A stretch of DNA of 64,000 bases. It comes from Lytechinus pictus. Its lineage: Eukaryota. Position numbers and translations under genes: made by a program. Below, piece by piece: positions 59,885 through 64,000 of this stretch. Position 1 is the first letter of the stretch; each line of letters starts with the position of its first letter. Where the stretch lies: assembly GCF_037042905.1 (NCBI RefSeq), contig NC_087251.1, positions 1,116,001 to 1,180,000 on the forward strand, in the 5' to 3' direction. The notes beneath the pieces are model-generated. The model was not told the DNA's origin and searched no databases. It worked only from the letters and a program-made list of their open reading frames with translations.

Positions 59885-62713
59885 GCAATGGTTGCTATTT
59901 GCCTACGGAGATTTACTGAAATGATTAAAAAGAACAGGATAACCCACAGAACAAGACAAAACGAAAAAAGAATAAAATAAAGCGAGAAAAAAAACACAAA
60001 AAAAACAGGATGACAAAAGGAGTAATAAACATAAATAGAACCAGGACGAATTGCGACCGAAAGAGAGGATAGAACAAAATGATAAAGACTAACAAAAATA
60101 ACTTGAAGTCTGAGAGGAGATGATAACGAGCAGGAATTAGTAATGAAAACCTCGGTAGGATTTAAGTAAGAAGTTTTTTAGTTTTCTTTTAAAAGAATGT
60201 ATGGAAGGGCTGTTTTTTATGTTATTGTCGAGGGAGTTCCAAAATCTAGGGCCATCGAACATGAATGTACTCTTTGCCAATAAAGTTCTAAAACGGGGTA
60301 AATGAAATTCGTTAGATTGCCTATAGTCATGATAGTAGGGTAATTATGAAAAGACCGATTAAGAGGAAACATAGAATCAAATACACGTGGAAGTGTGTTT
60401 TTGTCAAATTCAAACATAAATTGTCCTAAATGAAATAAGTATAGGTCGCTTATCTTCAGCAATTTGCTATCAAAAAATAGTGGGTCAGTGTGTGAACGAA
60501 AAGCTGAATTATGAATAACACAAAGGGACTTCTTTTGCAGTAATAACAGTCTATCTAAAGTGGTTTGGTGGGTGCTCCCCCAGGCAAGTATCCCATAATT
60601 CAAGTAAGGTAAGACTAAGATCAGGGAAGAATATAGCATTAAAAGTGATGACGACGAAAAATGATATTTCAGTTTATTGATAATGCCAATATTTCGCGAA
60701 ATAATCTTACATATACAATCTATATGGTATTTCCAGGAAAGCTTATTATCAACGGTAACACCGAGAAATTTAATAGATGTGACACTTTCTAAATTAGTGT
60801 CATCTAAAACAATGTCCATGGGAAGTGTATCAATAGAATTGCTTAATAGCATATATTTAGTTTTAAGTAGATTAAGAGACAATTTGTTGGATCTTATCCA
60901 TTGTGTGACTTTTAAAGTTCATTATTAACAGTATTTACTAAGGTATATGGATTTTTATGGGAATAAAATATATTAGAATCGTCTGCAAAAAGAATGAACG
61001 AAAGGACATCAGATGATCTACAAAAGTCATTGATATAAATGATAAATAATAAAGGGCCTAACAAACTGCCTTGCGGGACTCCACAATTAATGTATTGCAT
61101 GTTGGATGCACGACCATTCAAAGATACAAATTGACGTCTGTCAGACAAGTAGCTTCTGAACCACTCCAAGGCCTTCCCGCGCACCCCATAATGATAAAGT
61201 TTATGTAATAAGATATCATGGTTAATGGTGTCGAAGGCCTTGGAGAAGTCCAGAAAAATGCCGACTAGATGTGAGCAATTATCAAAAGCGTGGGCCACTC
61301 TATCAACGAAATTCAACAATGCATGTTCTGTGTTATGTTTTTCTCTAAATCCAAACTGAAAGTTAGAAAAAATATTGTGAGATTTAAAAAAATCAATTGT
61401 TTTGCTATAAACCACTTTTTCTAAAATTTTGGACAAGGATGATAATAAAGAAATTGGGCGATAGTTACTGATACTTAACTTGTCACCCTTTTTGTACAAC
61501 GGAATGACCTTGGCAATTTTCATGCGATCAAGGATCGACAATTTCAGATATTATACCTTTTAAAATAAAGTTATTGACATCATCGTAACCAGGACTTTTT
61601 TTATTATTCAAATTAGATACAATATCAGTAATATCTTTTTTTGACTACGGGAGTGAAAAATATTGAACTAGAATTAGGTGTACCTAAATAATCATGAAAA
61701 TGTTTTGTTGAAGGGGGGATGTCTCTAGCTAGGTTAGTTCCTATAGATGAAAAATAATCATTAAAAATATTAGCTATATTTTCAGGATCTCCAATAATAT
61801 CACCGTTAGACCTAATTTCAGTTATATCGGACTTATTACTGGATAAATTCATGGCTTGTTTAAGAACTTTCCATGTATTTTGAATGTCGTGCTTATACAG
61901 AATTATTTGATCAGTGAAATATCTTTTCTTTGCCAAACGTAAGGTATGAGTTAAAGTATTCTTATATGTGGTGTATTTAGTTTTTGCCTGAAGAGTACCT
62001 TTAAATTTTGAATTATAATATAAATTATTTTTTCTGTTGATTGAACGCAAAAGTGCTTTAGATATCCAAGGAAGTCTTGGTGATTTTTTGTTGTTAGTTT
62101 GTCTATCTCTTACTTTTGGAATATGCTTATCTAATTCACTAATAAAAATATTCAGAATGTTATTGAAGCATATGTTTGCATCATTATTGTTATAAATAGG
62201 TGACCAGTCAACAGACTCTAACGAAACACCCAGTCTTGCAAGATTCTCTGGAGTAGGTCTCCGCCTTGATGGCTTGGATGGATTAATACATGAGTGCTTA
62301 AGGGTAAAATGTGACATAATGGGAAAGTGATCTGTCAAATCAGATAATATTATTTCAGAATCAGGAGTCGGCATGATGTTACAAAATATGTTATCAATAA
62401 GTGTTGCAGAACGATCTGCAACGTGAGTGGGTTTTGATATTAATGGCAAATATGAAGAAGTCAAAAATGTTTCAAGAAATTCATGGGCAGTATTGTTGCT
62501 GTCATGCTTCAATATATCGATATTAAAATCCCCTAATATAAAAACATCTTTGTTCACCAACAATGGATATCTAACTAAGTTAGAAAGGTAAAGTAAAAAA
62601 TCATTATGGTTAGAATTTGGTGGTCTATATATAACACCTATAATTATATTTTTGGAATTTGGGACATTGATTTCGATAAAAAGTGACTCTACATATTCAT
62701 TCATAATAGTGAT
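59588..62713 (-). mobile_element. L2/Crack-like LINE with APE endonuclease and RT, degenerate
   Basis: ORF 61625-62704 (IGVIYRPPN, GDFN, LIDNIF, TDHFPI), ORF 60912-61541 (NYRPIS, DFSKAFDTI, GVPQGSLLGP, FADD) and ORF 60217-60882. Frameshifts and an internal deletion; (ATCTGA)n tail at about 59588-59611. Confidence 0.92.
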
Positions 62714-63789
62714 TGCGGCGATATTGTGTGACGCGGAGAGAACTCCTAGCCGTCGTCACATTGTCCATCATTTTCGTCATTATCTGCTGGGACACAAGTT
62801 TACCATCCGCACCGACCATTCGTCACTTAGGCGGATCATGTCTTTCCGAGAGCCGACGGATCAGATGGCCCGTTGGCTCGAGATCCTTGCCCAATTCAAT
62901 TTTGTCATGGAGCATCGATCAGGAAAGAGTCACGCCAATGCCTATGCACTGTCACGAATCCAGTGCAGCCCGGAATCATGCAGCTGTTATGACTTCGAAC
63001 CTATTTTGGATGCTTTGCCGTGTGGCGGCTGTACAGCTTGCAAGAGGAAGCACCTGGCATGGTCCAGCTTCATTGACTATGAAGATGTTGTGCCACTTAT
63101 AAAAATGCGACGAGTACAAGCAACAAAATCGACCTCAACTGACACTGAAGTCCAATTTCAAGAACCCGATGAAGAGAGTAAGATGTATTGTTCAGAACTA
63201 AGACTGATGATCTGGTATGTTTTAATGATTGTACATCTTGCTCTCTCTTTCTTTTCTAAGAATATACGATCCTTCTATCATTCAGTCAAATGTGTTTGTG
63301 TAAAAATGTGTAGCAGTACTAGTTGTCAATATGTTAGGCAAGTAACCACAAGAAGAAGGGCAAGAAATACTGCAAGCTCGAATGAATCGAACAAACCAAG
63401 TAATGGAAGACCAATTCTAGATAATTTAGGGGTGACTGCATCAAGCCTGTCAACAATTCAAAGGCAAGATAAAGATATTGGTGTTGTTTGGGTTTGGATG
63501 AAAGAATCAAATGTGAGACCTAATCGTGAAAAGATACAGGACAAGAGTCCAATAATCAGAAATCTGTGGTTATTGTGAGACCAGCTTGTATTAATTGATG
63601 ATGTATTATACAAGCGGTATGATGAAGGTCCATCCAAATCACACTTGACACTCGTCACACCTAAATCATTGATAAAGTTGATTTTGGAAAACAACCACGA
63701 TAATGTGATGTCAGGCCATTTGGGCATGAAGAAATCTTTGAGTCGAATCAGACATCACTATTACTGGTATAAGATGAAAGAACAAGTTT
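62713..63789 (+). mobile_element. Ty3/Gypsy pol fragment (RNase H C-terminus to integrase zinc-finger start), pseudogenised
   Basis: RRYCVTRRELLAVV / HFRHYLLGHKFTIRTDHSSL..MARWLEILAQFNF.MEHRSGKSHANA.ALSR ... HDNVMSGHLGMKKSLSRIRHHYYW; one frameshift and an in-frame stop at 63576-63578; no LTR seen. Confidence 0.9.
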
Positions 63790-64000
63790 TATCAGGCAAG
63801 AACAGGACAACAAAGTCACGTACTGTCCAAACAATGTTTTAGTTGGTATTTATGAGTATATGTTTTGTGTTGAGAAAGGGCTTGATCTTTTCTTCATTTT
63901 CTTTTTCTCTTCATTTTATTCTTATCCCTTGTTTTCTTCACTGGCTAACTTTCATCGAATATATGAATTATGTTTCCTTCCTGAATCCCCCCCCCCACTG

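Noticed and set aside
983..59980. Most remaining 60-120-aa ORF-track entries
   Set aside because: Low-complexity or repeat-derived, often with non-ATG starts, and with no splice or homology support. Only those overlapping the listed exons or retroelements are accepted.

Overview
AT-rich, repeat-dense metazoan genomic DNA; the repeat families look like those of a sea urchin or other echinoderm (inference). It holds three spliced genes whose exons I could join in frame across GT-AG introns. NSL1 (MIS12 kinetochore complex, minus strand) has 5 exons here and its last exon lies left of the window. TATDN3 (TatD nuclease, plus strand) is complete, 9 exons, 275 aa. A SPATA45-like microprotein (minus strand) has 2 exons, 82 aa. 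NSL1 and TATDN3 are head-to-head with 253 bp between start codons, and the order and orientation of all three match what I recall for human 1q32.3. There is one tRNA-Lys(CUU). The rest is a heavily nested transposon landscape: a DIRS 3' end, CR1/L2-type LINEs, a Ty3/Gypsy pol fragment, tRNA-SINEs, Helentron-type HINEs, and hAT, Kolobok, Tc1 and Harbinger-type MITEs. The most unusual signals are (i) four 24-36-bp CAT...ATG palindromes with 7- or 8-bp target duplications that look like P/Galileo-type excision footprints, (ii) two minimal hammerhead-ribozyme motifs inside a (TA)n array, (iii) ~115-bp-periodic GCGCGAAGCGC mini-hairpin arrays, and (iv) an exact 200-bp copy shared by an NSL1 intron and a TATDN3 intron. 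Homology calls come from recalled sequences, not database searches.
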